Below, piece after piece: positions 1 through 15,440 of a stretch of DNA of 64,000 bases. The translations under genes were made by a program, and so were the position numbers. The first letter of the stretch is position 1. Each line of letters starts with the position of its first letter. A model generated the notes under the pieces. It did no database searches, was not told where the DNA came from, and saw only the letters and a program-made list of their open reading frames with translations. Origin of the DNA: Leptogorgia sarmentosa (lineage: Eukaryota); the NCBI GenBank assembly GCA_964658305.1, contig OZ210886.1, positions 744,001 to 808,000 on the forward strand, in the 5' to 3' direction.

Positions 1-1099
1 CACAAGTACAGCGACATGAAATGCTGCGTGCACAGAGAATTAACACGCATATTGCATAGCATATATTTGCACCACTTGTTTGGTTAAATGTGCCTGTCAA
101 GAAAAGATATTACTTCACTCTTTGTTCCCGATTCACAACTCAAACCACTGAGGATTGCAAGGAATTCTTAAAAATCTGTGTTTCAATCCACGAAAGACTG
201 TGTGAAGGTTAGATTATATAGCCATATGTATTTTCTTAGATAATGTGCCTGTGGGTTTTGTAGGTAAGTTTGTCCTTTCCTTGTATACGAAGTACTCTAT
301 TTGTAATTTGTAAATCGCCTACGCCGGTGTCAATGATCATCTTGTGATTTGGTTTGGGAAAGCACAGAAACGGAATTTTATCGGAGGAATATTTTAGTCA
401 GTGAAATGTGTATATTGCTGTGTTAACAAACTTCAATATGTGGCCAGCATAGGTAGTGGATAACAAAATCACCAAGCAGTGAAAGTACTTGTCACTTCCT
501 AAATGACACACACAGATTCGACGTTTTGAGCGACGGGAATTATTGTGATTCAACCGGTAAAGATTTTTTTTACTTTTTCTGGAATTATTGTGATTCAACC
601 GGTGAACAAAAAATAATATGCGATTTGATTCTATGCATGCTGTATAGTGAAACATAGAAAAGTGAAGTAAAGCAGCATAATTCTGTTGAAGGTACAATAT
701 ATAAATAATGAAAATAGTTTGGTTCCGATGGCTCAGAGATTTTCCTACTTTTTAGGCCCTACTAAAAAATTGGGAACTTTTACATTTCCACTAATTTGAT
801 CAGTTTGGGGGCAAGATGAAAATTCAGTTAGATTTACATTGTGAAAAATTAAGATGTCCCAATTGCCCCCTGCAGTGCGACATAATTACATCATCGAGAT
901 ATGAACATCAATCTCTGAAAATATGAGACCTTTGGTATGATGTAATAACGGATTCTCTCTGTAGAAGTGGAAGCCGAAGAACTTGGCATAACAAATAATG
1001 TATCATGTAACGATGCTGATTTAGAAACTTACACTTTATTTTTAATTCAACATAGGAAGATTTTAGCATCTATTTGCGACATTCTGAACGGACTATAAA

Positions 1100-4000
1100 A
1101 TGGATAATCCAGAATTTGATCTTGATGACGAAGATATGACGAATCAAAGATTTGATGTGATACAGGTCAGAATTAATATTTGAGTTAGCATTAAAATTAG
1201 GATACAGTTAATTTAAGGATCAGTTATGAACACTAAACATATTCATTTAAACTTTTTACAATTATTATGATGAAGGTTTGATCACTTTGATGTGCTATAT
1301 AGTCAGGCGCCTATAAATAACTACTAATTTTAACACTATAGTACTTTCCAATAGTAGTATATGAACATGGTAAAATAGTGTTTAGAATTTAGAACAGATA
1401 CAATCAAATGATAAGCACAAGATTGGTAATTCGAAAATTAACCGCTATAGGTTGCAGGAAAAACAGAAGCAAGAAGATTCACATCAGAGAGCGAAGACCC
1501 CGGAAATGAAGCTCCAAGCACAGCGGAGAACACCATTGGTTATACCAGCACAAACGAAGCAGTTCCCATGACAGTGTTTTATCGAAATGATTCGTCTAAA
1601 AGACATTTACCAGGAGGAAAGAATTCCATGAAATCTCGACCAACCTTAGATCAACTGAGGAAAAACTTTGAAAAAGACGGAAATATTACCAGTGACACTG
1701 AAACACATGCTCAGGTGAATGTATCTAATTAACGGACCGGATTTGACTGCAGTTTTTTTGTCACCGTCCACCACAATCACTGACAGCGTTTGATTCACTG
1801 TACGTAAGAAGATTACTTAGTGACAATTTTCTAAAAGAAACAAAGCAACGTCATTGTTTTAAATACACCGCAATTGGAAAAATGAGCGAATAACCATAAT
1901 TGTTTTTAGGAGATTAAAAATTCAAGATTGCAAACAGCTCAAGTTTTAAACGTTCTTTCAAATTAGTTACAAAACGTCTTTGTATAAACTTTGTTGCCAT
2001 TAATGATACACAATTTGTCCTCGAAATTAACTTCAAAAAAAAGTCAAGTCATATACTCATATGTTTCTAAGCTCATTTATTGTTGCTGTACGTATTGTAT
2101 CGAAAAAAATCTGTTTTTATTCAATTTCAGGGAGAGGGAGATGTAGAAGCTGTATCAAGAAGCAAGCCAGTGAAGGCTGCAACGAAATTTGGCTGGATCA
2201 AAGGTGTCTTCGTGCCATGTCTATTGAATATCTGGGGTGTCATGCTGTTTCTCCGGTTGACTTGGGTGGTTGGTCAGGCTGGGATCGCTTTCTCGTCGGT
2301 TATTATTTTACTTTCTGCCTTCGTTACAACCTTAACCTCCATTTCTATGTCAGCTATATGTACCAATGGGCAAATTAAAGGAGGTATGGCTGTAATATTA
2401 AGTACGACATTATTTACATAAATGGTAGAATTCGAATGCATGATTACCAATGACACCATTGAGTGTAATTTTCTTTATTTTACTCTAATTTCATTTAGGT
2501 GGCGCCTACTATCTCATCTCGCGTAGTTTGGGTCCAGAGTTTGGTGGTTCTATTGGTCTGATCTTTTCATTGGCAAATGCAGTTGCTGTAGCGATGTATG
2601 TTGTGGGATTTGCTGAAACTGTCGCATACTTGTTGGTTGAAAATGGTTCTGTGTTGACAGATTACATTAATGATACGCGTATAGTCGGCTTAGCAACAGT
2701 GGTGATATTGTTAGGTCTTACACTAGTTGGCTTGGAGTGGGTGTTAAAGGCACAGTTAGTGTTGCTCTTTCTTCTACTGTTTGCAATGGCCAGTATTGTT
2801 ATAGGATTCTTTGTGGGCCCTCTCTCATCGGAAATAGAGTCAAAGGGATTCATTGGTCCCAGCTCTTCAGCGTTCAGTGAAAATTTTTTCCCCAGTTACA
2901 CTGGGAAGGAAAATTTCTTCTCTGTATTTGCTGTGTTCTTCCCAGCAGCCACTGGTATTCTTGCCGGTGTAAATATTTCAGGAGATTTAAGAGATGCGCA
3001 AAAGGCGATTCCGAAAGGAACATTCCTAGCAATTGCAATAACTGGGGTAGTTTATGTACTTCTGGGTATAATGGCAGGATCTTGTGCTGTACGTGACGCT
3101 ACAGGAATTGTTAATGAGACAATAACGTGTGCTATGATGGAGTGCAAGTATGGATTGAATAATGATTATCAGGTAACTGCTACAAGCCGTTAAGGCAAGC
3201 ACATCGTATCCAATGTGCGCAAAGCTTCTACCAGGATCTGTAAAGATTTTGAGTAATAGGTTTGGGCTTATCAACTACAAATGATAACATTAGCGTTTCT
3301 TTCTAATTATTTCTCGCTTATCTTCAAAGATGATGCAAAAGATTGCAGTTTGGGCTCCGTTGGTCATCGTTGGTATTTTTGCTGCAACATTATCCTCTGC
3401 ACTTGCCAGTTTAGTCGGAGCACCTAAAGTTTTCCAAGCTGTCTGTCGAGATGAAATATTTCCATATATCAAGTTTTTCGCGAAAGGAACTGGACCTAAT
3501 GATGAACCACGAAGAGCCTACATTCTTGTCTTCTTTATAGCTGCTGGTTTCATTGCAATTGCTGAACTGAACGTGATTGCTCCAATTATTTCCAACTTTT
3601 TCCTAATGTCGTATGCTCTAATCAATTATGCTGTGTTTGCAGCATCTTTGGGTCGATCACCAGGTTGGAGACCATCTTTCAAATATTACAATAAATGGGT
3701 TTCCTTATTTGGAGCATTCCTGTGTATTGGTATCATGTTTCTTATTGAATGGTGGGCAGCTTTAGTCACCATCGTCATCATTGGATCTCTCTATAAATAT
3801 GTCTCCTACAAAAAGCCTGAGGTGAGACGTGATAGACTGATGAAATGTTGGACATGATTTCATCGTAAGTTTGGATTGACAATTCATTAACATTAGTTGT
3901 TTCGTTTTATTTTAGGTGAACTGGGGTTCCTCAACACAAGCAGTTACATACCGTACTATCCTCACCATGAGTTATCAATATAATGCCATAGCCGATCACG

Positions 4001-5336
4001 TGAAGAATTTTCGTCCACAGTGCCTTGTCCTTTGTGATTCGCCCCAAGAGGAAAGCGATCTGCTATATTTGGTATCACATGTAACAAAGAACAACGGTCT
4101 TATGATTTGTGGGCAGGTGAAAGGTGAAAACACCATCAGTAAACAACAAGCTGATTATGAGAAGTCGAATGCATGGTTGTCTCAAAACAAGATCAAGGCT
4201 TTTCATACTATTTCGACAGGTATATTAAAATCAATGAGTGCATGTGACTGCTGTTGTCTTTCACTTCTGAATAGATTATTTACAACCATCATTACAACCT
4301 TCTTAAATTCTGAAATGTCTGGCGTGACCCAAACTGATGAATATATTCTGGGACTTCCCAGGGGGTGAAAGACCTACTCATAGACTACTCGTGTGATTTC
4401 CATAATAGACTTGATAATAAGCGCGAGTATTACGCCGATTTTCAGGCTTGGGAGCCTCTCTTTTGTTGATGAAACTGGTGTGTACTGCATGTGTGTGATT
4501 TTTTTAATATGAATTAAAAGTATTTTTTTTCCTTGTTCATTTTCTGTTTAGCTCATGATCTTCGGCTTGGAGTGAAGTGTTTACTTGAATGTACAGGTCT
4601 TGGTAAGATAAAACCTAACACAGTTTTCCTTGGCTTCAAAACAAACTGGCGAGAATCAATTATGAAAGATCAGTCCGATGATGGGGGCAAATCCTTGGAA
4701 GGAACGAAAACAACGAAGAACTATGTGAATATAATTCAAAATGCATTTGATCATCAGTTTGGTGTGGCCATCTTAAGAACCAACTTTGATAAAGAAATGA
4801 AAATCTTACGCATTTTGAACGAGAAACGTGAGGGGACCATTGATGTTTGGTGGTTGTTTGATGATGGTGGCCTGACTTTGCTCATTCCTTATTTATTAAG
4901 TCAATCTCGATTTTGGAAGCAATGCAAGCTGCGAGTTTTTACTCCAAAGGCAACAACAAAAGAAACATCAATCAGCTCTAGTAAGATTCGTATGGTCAAT
5001 CTGTTGAAAATGTTCCGTATTGATGTTTCGTGTGTGGAGGAATTTGACGGAATACACGGAAGACCAAGTGTAGAAAACATGGAGACATTCAAAAATCTCG
5101 CGGGACATTCTATAGAGGGAGAACAAAAAAAGAGAAGCTTACGTCATATCCGGTTAGGTGAATTGTTAAAGAAACATAGTAAAGATGCGAGCTTAATTGT
5201 GATGACATTACCTGTACCCAATGAAGCAGTTGAGCCCACGATGTACATGAGTTGGTTAGAGATGATGACCAAAGATTTACCTCCTATCTTGCTGATTCGT
5301 GGCAATCATACCAACGTACTGACTTTCTATACATAA
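1100..5336 (+). CDS. SLC12 cation-chloride cotransporter, NKCC-like (SLC12A1/A2 type), tandem copy 1, about 945 aa
   Basis: Seven GT-AG exons join in frame: 1100-1165, 1451-1714, 2131-2383, 2499-3172, 3330-3821, 3916-4219, 4552-5336 (2838 nt). Family motifs: [22 protein letters not shown] (TM1), [75 protein letters not shown] and C-terminal [12 protein letters not shown]. The first exon is the least certain. Confidence 0.93.
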
Positions 5337-8300
5337 ACTAAAAAAAACAATTCAAGTTTGAGCTCTTTATTACATCCATTATTTCTGGAACTGAGTCCTT
5401 TAATTGAACATATAGCTTAAAATCAGTTGTAACTAGTTAGTTTTATAATCTCTTATAGTTTCTCAAATATTAGTCGCAGTTTTTTGAGAAACCTTGGAAT
5501 TAAATGTATATTTTGGGAATGTATGCGAATATTGTCGTCGATATATGAATTGCAGAACTATTAGTCTATTATTGCATATATAACTTTGGTAAATTGTTCA
5601 AAAAGTTTGAATGGTTTCCCGCCAGATCTAGTCTGCATGTTATTCAGTTTTCGCCAATGATTAGTGAAGCACTGTTCTTCAATGTAATTTCGGCGGTGTA
5701 AATTGCAGATTGTACTGGGTTCACAGTTAGTTTGGTGGGATTTGAAAATAACATAAAACTGTCATGTAGAGTCATGTTGTTTTTGTATGGCGTAAATTAT
5801 GTGCAGCTTTTAACAGATGTATAGACCTAACCATTGCCTGCTTTTCAATTTTGCGAATAGTAGTTAGAAATCGAGTTTGCATGAGTCATTTGGCGGCGAT
5901 CCGACCTTTATATACATTCCTATGAACAAGATGTGATATCCGTGCCCAAATTTGGGACATCGCTAATGTTGATGCTTGAAGGTCTGGCAATGAATATTGT
6001 AACATCAGGGACTGTAATTGCCAACAACTGAGAATTCCGCAGGCCTGATTATACTTAAGCATCGATTGGAGTATCTTGTTACCATGGAAAACTTTAAGGC
6101 TCCAATATTTCACTTTCCTGTCAATGGAGACCAATACAACAAAATGGTAGTTGCTACTGACTATATACGTATATATAATTTAATGCTAATGCTAAGAAAA
6201 CAAACTGATCGATCAACTGACAGCTGTAAAAAAAGTTTACCTAGCTAGCTAGGCTTAGAGAATTCCTAACCAATAGGCCATAGGACAGGATCGCAAAAGT
6301 TTCGCTTCCGTGTTGCGTCAAGGAATTACCCACCATTTTTACTTATATTTAAATGGAATGTGGAGCTTGTTGGAAATTTAAGAGCTGGGCCTTGAAATAT
6401 TTGTTGCAGCTTCATTCGTAAAGATAGGCGTGGAAAGTAGCATATAGCTAATACAAAACAAGTTTTTCCGCTGTTGCGTTGGCGTTGTGTTGGCGAGAAG
6501 ACATGTAGTGGTTTTTTAGAGTGAAGTTATATTGCATTGCATGTAATTGTCGCTTGGAGTCAAATGAAAACAAACAACTTTTCTCGTAGATAAGATGTAG
6601 GCGTTTATTAGATAAGTGTTGTCTCAGTGGAGCTCAAAAGTTGAACTTGCCCTGTTTCAAACAATAATAATACATGAAAATAATATAAGCTTGAAATACA
6701 ATGACAGTATAACCTAAATTAACATTTTTATAACTTTATTGAATCTACGTTGCAAATGCATTTATCAAGATCTCTAATAAACTGGAACTTCAATACCTGT
6801 CCAGTGTAATAGGTATAGCTTATAATAGCATCAAAATGCAGTAAAATCTCTATTTACTGGCCAAACGACACAATTCGATGTTTCGGGCTAAAACCTTCGT
6901 CGGAAAGGTAGGACGAAAAGTCTCCGAATTAGTCCTATCCGGTTCAAGTCGCCAGCGGAACTTTTACTTTTAATTTTGATATTTGGAGTTACTTTTGTCT
7001 TTCATTAATTAAAATACTTTGTGGCTTCCGCACTGTTGATCTATTCCTTGCTTGGGTTGGGTTTTAAAAGAGATCTCTTGTTTTGGCTTGGCGTTGAAAA
7101 CAACTAAAAATGTGAGTAAATAACATTGCCTTAACTCATAGTTTCCAATGATGTATATACAGTATTAGTACTCCAAAAGAGTCGATAAAATGTTTATATC
7201 CTGAAAATCACGTCTATATTCTTAAGATTTTGAAACCACTGCAAATCATGACAGTTCTTTTAAAAATCCCTAATTCGTTTTGGTTCCAATGATTTTTCAT
7301 TAACGTCATCAATAAACAAAACACTTCTTATATGCTTGTGGTATCCAAGGCTGGTAGTAGCTAGGTGGTTCAAGTGCCTACAATGAAAAACACCCACAAT
7401 ATATTTGAATATATTTTCCGCAATCCTCTTCACATGCACTTCATTCATACACAATTCAAAAGACGAGCAAGGTACATTATGGGCAACGTTGAAAAGAGTG
7501 AGTGATACAGAATAACTTCAGTAAAGGTAAAATTAGTAGAGTAAGATTAATTTTGTATTAGAACAATAATATAATAATTATATATTTTATTTTAATGCCT
7601 AAAATCAATGTCTGAAATTAATTGCAAAAATTATATAACGTAGTTCAGTTACAGGTATTAACTAGTATCTCATTTGTTTTTCTATATTCTTCTCGTTATT
7701 TGTGCTTTCATCTTCGAATTTAAGACAAGTAGCTATCAGAGTTTCAGAATCATCAGAAAATTCCATATATATGTAATGCAAAAACCACGAACTTAAAATT
7801 AAGAGATTAGTTCTCTTCTGATTATCGATACTGGTAAATTAAAAACAGGTAAAATGATCTTATAAAAATACTAATGTTGGTCATAATTAATACGTTTTAG
7901 AGTTCTGTGTGGAAAGTGCTTAAAAATATTACTACAAAGCAGTAAGTTGACATTTCAGCCTAGTTTAAATATTTTTAGGTTGTGCAGACAACTCACAACT
8001 GCATTAGTTATATAATATTATTTAAATCGACCCACGCATTGCTTAGTTATATCCTGTCGGTTTAATTGAAGTGAAGTATAATAAAAAAGTCTTTGAAGAA
8101 AATTTCTTATATAATTGGCACGTGTACTCCACGTGCGTGATGAAATATCACTTCTATATTATCTTTTCCTTCTATGGAATATGTGAATTCCATTGAGTGT
8201 TTCATAATTTTCTCCCAATTCTTCACAAAGTTCACGATTAAATTTCTGTGCGTTGCAGGATGACTCCTTAGTCCTTACTGCATCAAAGTTCATGCTTCGT

Positions 8301-8774
8301 CTTGGAGTCTTAGCACGTTTTTTCTTAATATGTTCAGGAAACAAAAGAGTCCAGAAAACTCCAAAAACAAATATGGATGGCCTTTTTGACGAAATATTCA
8401 ATAAAGATAATGATGGGTAGCTATAAATTATTGTATAATCCCATCTTTCCCCGCAACGCCACTGCGAATGTTTACGTTATGCCGCAGTATTTGATGGGGG
8501 TCCTGAAGGGACTAAGGTTATTAAAACAACAAAAAATAAACCAAGTAAGAAATGTGGGAAACAAGACTTTTCTTTAGGAAAAAGAACTATGAGATTTGGG
8601 AAACAGTGACTTCCTTTGTCTTTAATAACTTTTTTGAAATGTGTGTAACATATACAGGTTATGACATTTACAGCAAATTTATAATGGTAAACTGCCCATT
8701 CAATACAAATTCATTTTTTGTTGTTTTGATGGCGTAGGTTGATTTGCCTTCCAAAGACTGAAACGGAAGGTAAC

Positions 8775-11700
8775 ATGGAGGATCCACAGCCTGAAATGAC
8801 AGATCAAAACCACGATATAGCAGCGAATAGTATAAATAATATACCACGTTTTGCTGTTACAACTGTACCGTTGAGAGAAGATAGCTTGGAAACGGATGAA
8901 TATGACGATGAAAATAACGCAGAAAATACGATAGGATACAGCACACACGAGGCTGTCCCCATGACTGTATTTTATCGCAACGAATCATCTCACAATCATA
9001 GCAAACAGAAAGGAAAAGCAAGACCAACACTTGATCAACTCAGAAAAGGGTTTGAAAAAAACAGTCCTGAAACACAGGTGAATTGTAGTCATAGTCGTAA
9101 TTTTGCACTGTGGGAAACAAGTTACTGGCAGTTTTATATACTTTTCTAAGATAACAAACCCCATTTTCTAGTTGGAAAAAGGGCCACATTTTTGAATTTT
9201 GACATATAAATTATTAACTGTCAACACCGTAAATGTCTTATGTTTTTCTTCTTTAGCCTATGGTTACTGATGAAGAAACCGGCGAAGCCGCAACTATACA
9301 AAAGAGACCAACTAAAACTCAAACCAAATTTGGTTGGATAAAAGGCGTGCTGGTGCCATGCTTATTAAACATATGGGGTGTTATGTTATTTCTTCGTTTG
9401 ACCTGGGTTGTTGGTCAGGCTGGAATTGGTCTTTCCACTGTAATTATTTTACTTTCTGCAGCTGTAACGACCTTGACATCCATATCAATGTCCGCAATTT
9501 GCACCAATGGACAAATCAAAGGAGGTATGATTTTGCTTCTTGTTACTCTAGAATTTAAGGGTAAAAACGCGAAAATTTTGCGTTGTAGACGCTAATGCTA
9601 TCCTACGTCAATCCTAACTCTCAAATACAATAATATTTTATATTTTAACTACGATACTTATTTATTTTACATATGAATTCTTAGGTGGCGCCTACTATCT
9701 CATCTCGCGTAGTTTGGGTCCAGAGTTTGGTGGTTCTATTGGTCTGATCTTTTCATTGGCAAATGCAGTTGCTGTAGCGATGTATGTTGTGGGATTTGCT
9801 GAAACTGTCGCATATCTGATGGCGGAAAGTAATTCTCTCTTGATCGATGAAATAAATGACACTCGTATTATAGGTCTGGGAACAGTTGTCATACTACTTG
9901 GCCTCACATTGATTGGCCTTGATTGGGTGCTTAAGGCACAGTTAGGTTTGCTTGTTCTTCTTTTGGTAGCCATGTTTAGTGTTATCATAGGATTTTTTGT
10001 TGGTCCTTTGAGTGACGAGATAAGATCTAAAGGTTTTATTGGTCCCAGTTCATCAGCATTTCGTGAAAACTTTTCCCCCAGTTACACTGGAAAGGAGAAT
10101 TTTTTCTCGGTATTTGCTGTGTTCTTCCCAGCAGCCACTGGTATTCTTGCTGGAGTAAATATTTCAGGAGATTTAAGAGACGCACAAAAGGCGATCCCGA
10201 AAGGAACATTCCTAGCAATTGGATTAACTGGGGTAGTTTATGTACTTTTGGGTATAATGGCAGGATCTTGTGCTGAACGTGACGCTACAGGAATTGTTAA
10301 TGAGACAATAACGTGTGCTATGATGGAGTGCAAGTATGGATTGAATAATGATTATCAGGTATATATAATGTTATTGCTGTCAGTTTGCTTTGAGCAGTAA
10401 TTTAGAAAACGTTTGCATGAATAGTTTTCAATGTCTTTTTCTTTCAGTTGATGCAAAAGATTTCAGTTTGGGCTCCGTTGGTCATCGTTGGTATTTTTGC
10501 TGCAACATTATCCTCTGCACTTGCCAGTTTAGTCGGAGCACCTAAAGTTTTCCAAGCTGTCTGTCGAGATGAAATATTTCCATATATCAAGTTTTTTGCG
10601 AAAGGAACTGGACCTAATGATGAACCGCGAAGAGCCTACATTCTTGTCTTCTTTATAGCTGCTGGTTTCATTGCAATTGCTGAACTGAACGTGATTGCTC
10701 CAATTATTTCCAACTTTTTCCTAATGTCGTATGCTCTAATCAATTATGCTGTGTTTGCAGCATCTTTGGGTCGATCACCAGGTTGGAGACCATCTTTCAA
10801 ATATTACAATAAATGGGCTTCGTTATTTGGAGCATTGCTGTGTATTGGTATCATGTTTCTTATTGAATGGTGGGCAGCTTTAGTCACTATCGTCATCATT
10901 GGATCTCTCTACAAATATGTCTCCTATTCAAAACCTCAGGTAAGACCAAATCCTATGCAAGATATGCAACCTTTGCTAGTTTAGTTATTGTCCTTCTGCT
11001 CATGCCTATAATTTTAGTGTGCAGTGATAACCAATTTGTGCAGTGATAAAGTAAAATGAGCACTGATAAAAAGCAAAATGTGCAGTGATAAGAACCTAAA
11101 ATGTCTCAAAAAGTGGTAACAGTAGGGTGGTACAAGAACATGGTTAGTTTCCAGGGCATAATTGTACTAGGCTAAAACTTTACATGAAATTAAATGTGCA
11201 GTGATGAAAAATTCTTAAAATTAGGTATGCTTCTGCTTCCTCCCTTTCTTGTTTAATGTTTCGTCTTTTTGTTCCAGTCGTCAATGCTGCGATTGCGTAC
11301 TTTTGTTTTTACTCTTTCTTTTTCCGCTGTGGCTGTGATTTTTTTGTCGTTGCTGTTCCATTCCTGTTTTATAACTTTCTACTATCGCACAGTTTATATG
11401 TAGTTTTGCATCAATTTTTTTAGGTAAACTGGGGTTCTTCGGCGCAAGCCGTTACTTACCGTACAATACTTGCAATGAGTTATCAATACAATGAAGCAGA
11501 AGACCATGTGAAGAATTTCCGTCCTCAATGTCTTGTATTGTGTGGATCTCCTGAGAGACATGGAGAGCTCGTTCATTTGGTGTCACATGTTACCAAAAAT
11601 AACGGTTTGATGATCTGTGGTGAAATATCGAGCGTGCAGTCAACTGGTAGTAAACAAAGTGATCATAGGAAATCAACAGACTGGCTTCGCCATAATAAGA

Positions 11701-12847
11701 TAAAGTCCTTTCATTGCATTTGCACAGGTATATAGACACTCATTATAATGCTTACGGAATCGACGTGCGTTTTTGAGAGCATGCACTATCTTGACTTGCA
11801 CGTTTCTTCTGGTGCTCTGTCCTGCTCCTGAAATAACGATGGATGAATAAACTGTGGTTGTTGCTGGATTTTAGCTGTTCAGTTATCTGGTCTGACATAT
11901 TCCAAGCTGTAAAAAGAGTAATTCCATCATGTACACTGCATATGAGCCTCTGTGGAAGGGAATAGCGGATAGGTGTCCGTATTAATACTTTTTCTACTTT
12001 TGTTTTTCTAGCTGCTGAATTTCGCTCCGGCGTGAGCAGTTTACTTCAATGTACTGGACTTGGAAAAATGAAACCAAATACCGTCTTCATTGGCTTCAAA
12101 ACAAACTGGAGAGATGGGCTAAACACGAGCGAAGAAATAAACGAAGATGTACAAGAAGGTGGAAACGATCTAATACAAACAGACCTTGGGAACAATTTTG
12201 AAGATTCAAAAACAACCAAGAACTATGTGAATGTTATCCAAGACGCATTTGATCAACAGTTGGGTGTGGCCATTTTCAGATCCAATTCTGACGAAACGGA
12301 TAATGAAAAAAGCGCATTGCGTATTTTCAACGAAAAGCGTGAGGGAACCATTGATGTTTGGTGGTTGTTTGATGATGGTGGCCTCACTTTGCTCATCCCG
12401 TATTTATTGAGTCTTAATCGCTTTTGGAAGAAGTGTAAGCTGCGAGTATTCACTCCGAAATCTGCTCAGAAAGAGAGCGAGATATCGTCCAGTAAAATTC
12501 GAATGGCTAATTTATTGAAGAAATTCCGTATTGATGTTTCATGCGTTGAAGAGTTTGATGGTATATCCGAAAAACCGAAGGAAGATAGTATTAACGATTT
12601 TAAAAACCTTGCTGGACATGTGGTTGAAGGAGAACAAAAAAAGAGAAGCTTACGCCATATCCGGTTGGGTGAATTACTGAGGGAACATAGTAAAGATGCG
12701 AGTTTAATTGTGATGACATTACCCGTACCCAATGAAGCAGTTGAGCCCACGATGTACATGAGTTGGTTAGAGATGATGACCAAAGATTTACCTCCTATCT
12801 TGTTGATTCGTGGCAATCATACCAACGTACTGACTTTCTATACATGA
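8775..12847 (+). CDS. SLC12 NKCC-like cotransporter, tandem copy 2, about 958 aa
   Basis: Six exons: 8775-9077, 9257-9524, 9685-10358, 10448-10939, 11424-11727, 12012-12847 (2877 nt, intact frame). Same motifs as copy 1. A splice acceptor at about 8737 suggests an upstream, probably non-coding, exon. Confidence 0.93.
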
Positions 12848-15440
12848 AAACAGAAAACAGTTAACACAAGCATACTGTAAAATAAATCTATAATATCTTT
12901 TTTCTTGAGACCAACTTTAAGTAGTGCACATAGAGTCGTGGTTGGCATATTTTATACTTGTAGTAGTAAGTTTGTCAATGATTTTCTTACTATAGTGGTT
13001 ACAAAGGCAGTGGGCTCAGCCTCATGGAGATAAAATTTCTCTCATGGAAAGGAAGTAAATAGCATTTCATGCCACAAGTGTGTAATGTCCTTGAGTTGAC
13101 TTTATTGTTTTATGTAGACTTTGAAAACCAGTACCATTTAGAGGGTCCTGAAGGGGGGTTCCTATTCCCATTTCCCAGCCCAAATTTTAACTAAATCCTA
13201 GTGTTGAAGAGCACAAATTCAACCGTCTTAGTGGCTGGGCTACTCAACTATTGTTTTTTTGGTGGTAAACGGTAAACCCAATCCCAGTGCATGAAATCCC
13301 ATTTTCGCAGCCAAAAATTCAGTTCCCATTTTACCCCTCCCAGAACCCTCCATTTGTATAAGTAATCGCATGGGGCCGAGTAAAATTAACGTTTAATTTC
13401 ACGCGTGTTGTTGAAGTTTCACAAATTGCCTGAAGTCGCCAAGCGACGAGCTCATTGAGTATTAACTATGCTGAGCCGTTGTAATATTCACTGCCATTGC
13501 CTGAGAATGCCTGGAGATTGCCTGCGAATATTAAAATTAACAATCGTACCCAGTCTCTTTCCTCTTTACCCCAGCCGAGAAAGAGGATAATTATTTGGGT
13601 CGATAATTTCGAAAAATTTCTATGTTTTAATGTTAACTTACAGGTATAATACACCATTATCTTCGTTAATCAATGCAGGTCTGTACACCTCATTATTCTT
13701 TATAATATTTAATACATTTAGTGGTAGATTTTTCGGAATACTTTAACGACGATATTATTAAAAGCGACTGACTTTGTTATAATTATGTAATGGTGGCTGT
13801 TTATAAAGTTGGGATTATAATGTCGCTTGTTGTTATATCAATATACGACGTAGCTAGTCTATATCTGTCTTGTGATTGGCCAAGTTAAATATTTTAATGG
13901 CGCAACGCAGATGTAACGTGTTTTGTGGTATAAGAAAACTACAGTATGTAATACAGGGTGAATTTAATGTTAGGGCCATTAGAATGATGTCATAGCCAAG
14001 CACAGGACATTACAAGTCATACCCAAACAAACTTTGATACAACCCACCCCAGATATTCTGTAATTTTACCTGTTGCAGTGTAGGTAGTGGTTAACAACAT
14101 GAACAAGCAACAAAAGTTGTACTCACTACCTAGATGATATAATAAGATTTGATATTTTTGGGAAGGCTCTTCATCAGGAATATGTCAAATTTATTGTATC
14201 GTTTAGGTAGTGAGTAGAACTAATGCTGCTTCTTGATGTTAATTGTATGTCTAACATTGAAACTGCATGTGAATTATTAGCCTACCAAAGACTGGCTCAT
14301 ACTTATCAGTGATTGAAGCAAAGAATGCAAATTACACATACCTCCGTTAAAAAGTAAAAGGTTTACAAGTATGTAAGAAAAATTTAAATATCTTTGGAGA
14401 GTGGCATCTGAAATCTGTCTGGAATGTCATAGAATGTATACTATGCAGACGTGGGTGCATATTTCAAAATGTCACATATTGAGGGAGTGAGTGCCTCTCA
14501 GCCATGTTGTTTGGGGATGTTATTTGTGTTTTTAGTGATGAATAGTGATAGAAACATTTTTTATGCTGAATTCTGATGGTTATATTGTTCTCAGGGACAT
14601 AGCTAGGGGATGTATATTCATATATTTGTGTTTTGCCTGACAAATTTCTTTCAAAATCAGTTGTTTGAAATCTGTCGGGCAGAACATGAATATATGAATA
14701 TGCGCACCCCCAAAAAACCACTATAGCTTTGCGTATATTTGATTGAAGAAATATAAAATTCAATCCTGGTGAGGAGTGGGATGACTTTATACAAAGAGTA
14801 GGTCTACAGCTTTGGAATAGAAGAATAACCAGTGCATAATGCTTTGACTTCAAGGGAGCTTTCATCTTGTTAACCAGCACATACTAAAAAGGCCCACATC
14901 TGAAAAAAAATGGCCTGATTATTAAAACACAATAAACCAATGATTTTTGCGTTAAAAACAAACTTGGGTTGTACAACATTTAGACACAAATATTTTCAGT
15001 TAAGCAGCTTCATTTATTCGCTTAATTAATTTAACTTAAATGTTGACTGTGAACATTGCTACGTACAGCACAAACTTGAAACAGGTTGTGGTAACTGAGT
15101 GTAAAGCTTGAGTTTTTTTAGTACTTTCATTGGAATAAAAATTGTCTGTCAATAATCCAAATTGTCATATATTCAGAAGTAAAGCTTTCATGGCAAAAAC
15201 GTTGTAAAATTAAAGTGAATAAATTTTGCCACTGGTGGCGCAGTTACTCAGCTTTCATTCAAAACGTTTCTGAAATCATGCCGGGAGCGTCACCCAATCT
15301 TTTCATTAAAAATTTTCAACACTCGTAATTTCAAGTTATTTGCTTATCTAATTTTTTTTGATAAACTATTAATGCGAACAGTTTTTAATTTCATGCTGTT
15401 CGTATAACTGTGTAGGCTGATCTGTGCTTGAAAGACAATA

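Noticed and set aside
537..603. 23-bp direct repeat ggaattattgtgattcaaccggt with a 21-nt spacer, superficially CRISPR-like
   Set aside because: Only two units, in eukaryotic DNA with no cas genes. A simple local duplication.
11016..11210. Scattered tgtgcagtgataa repeats in an intron of SLC12 copy 2
   Set aside because: Irregular, degenerate minisatellite or transposon debris with no further structure visible.
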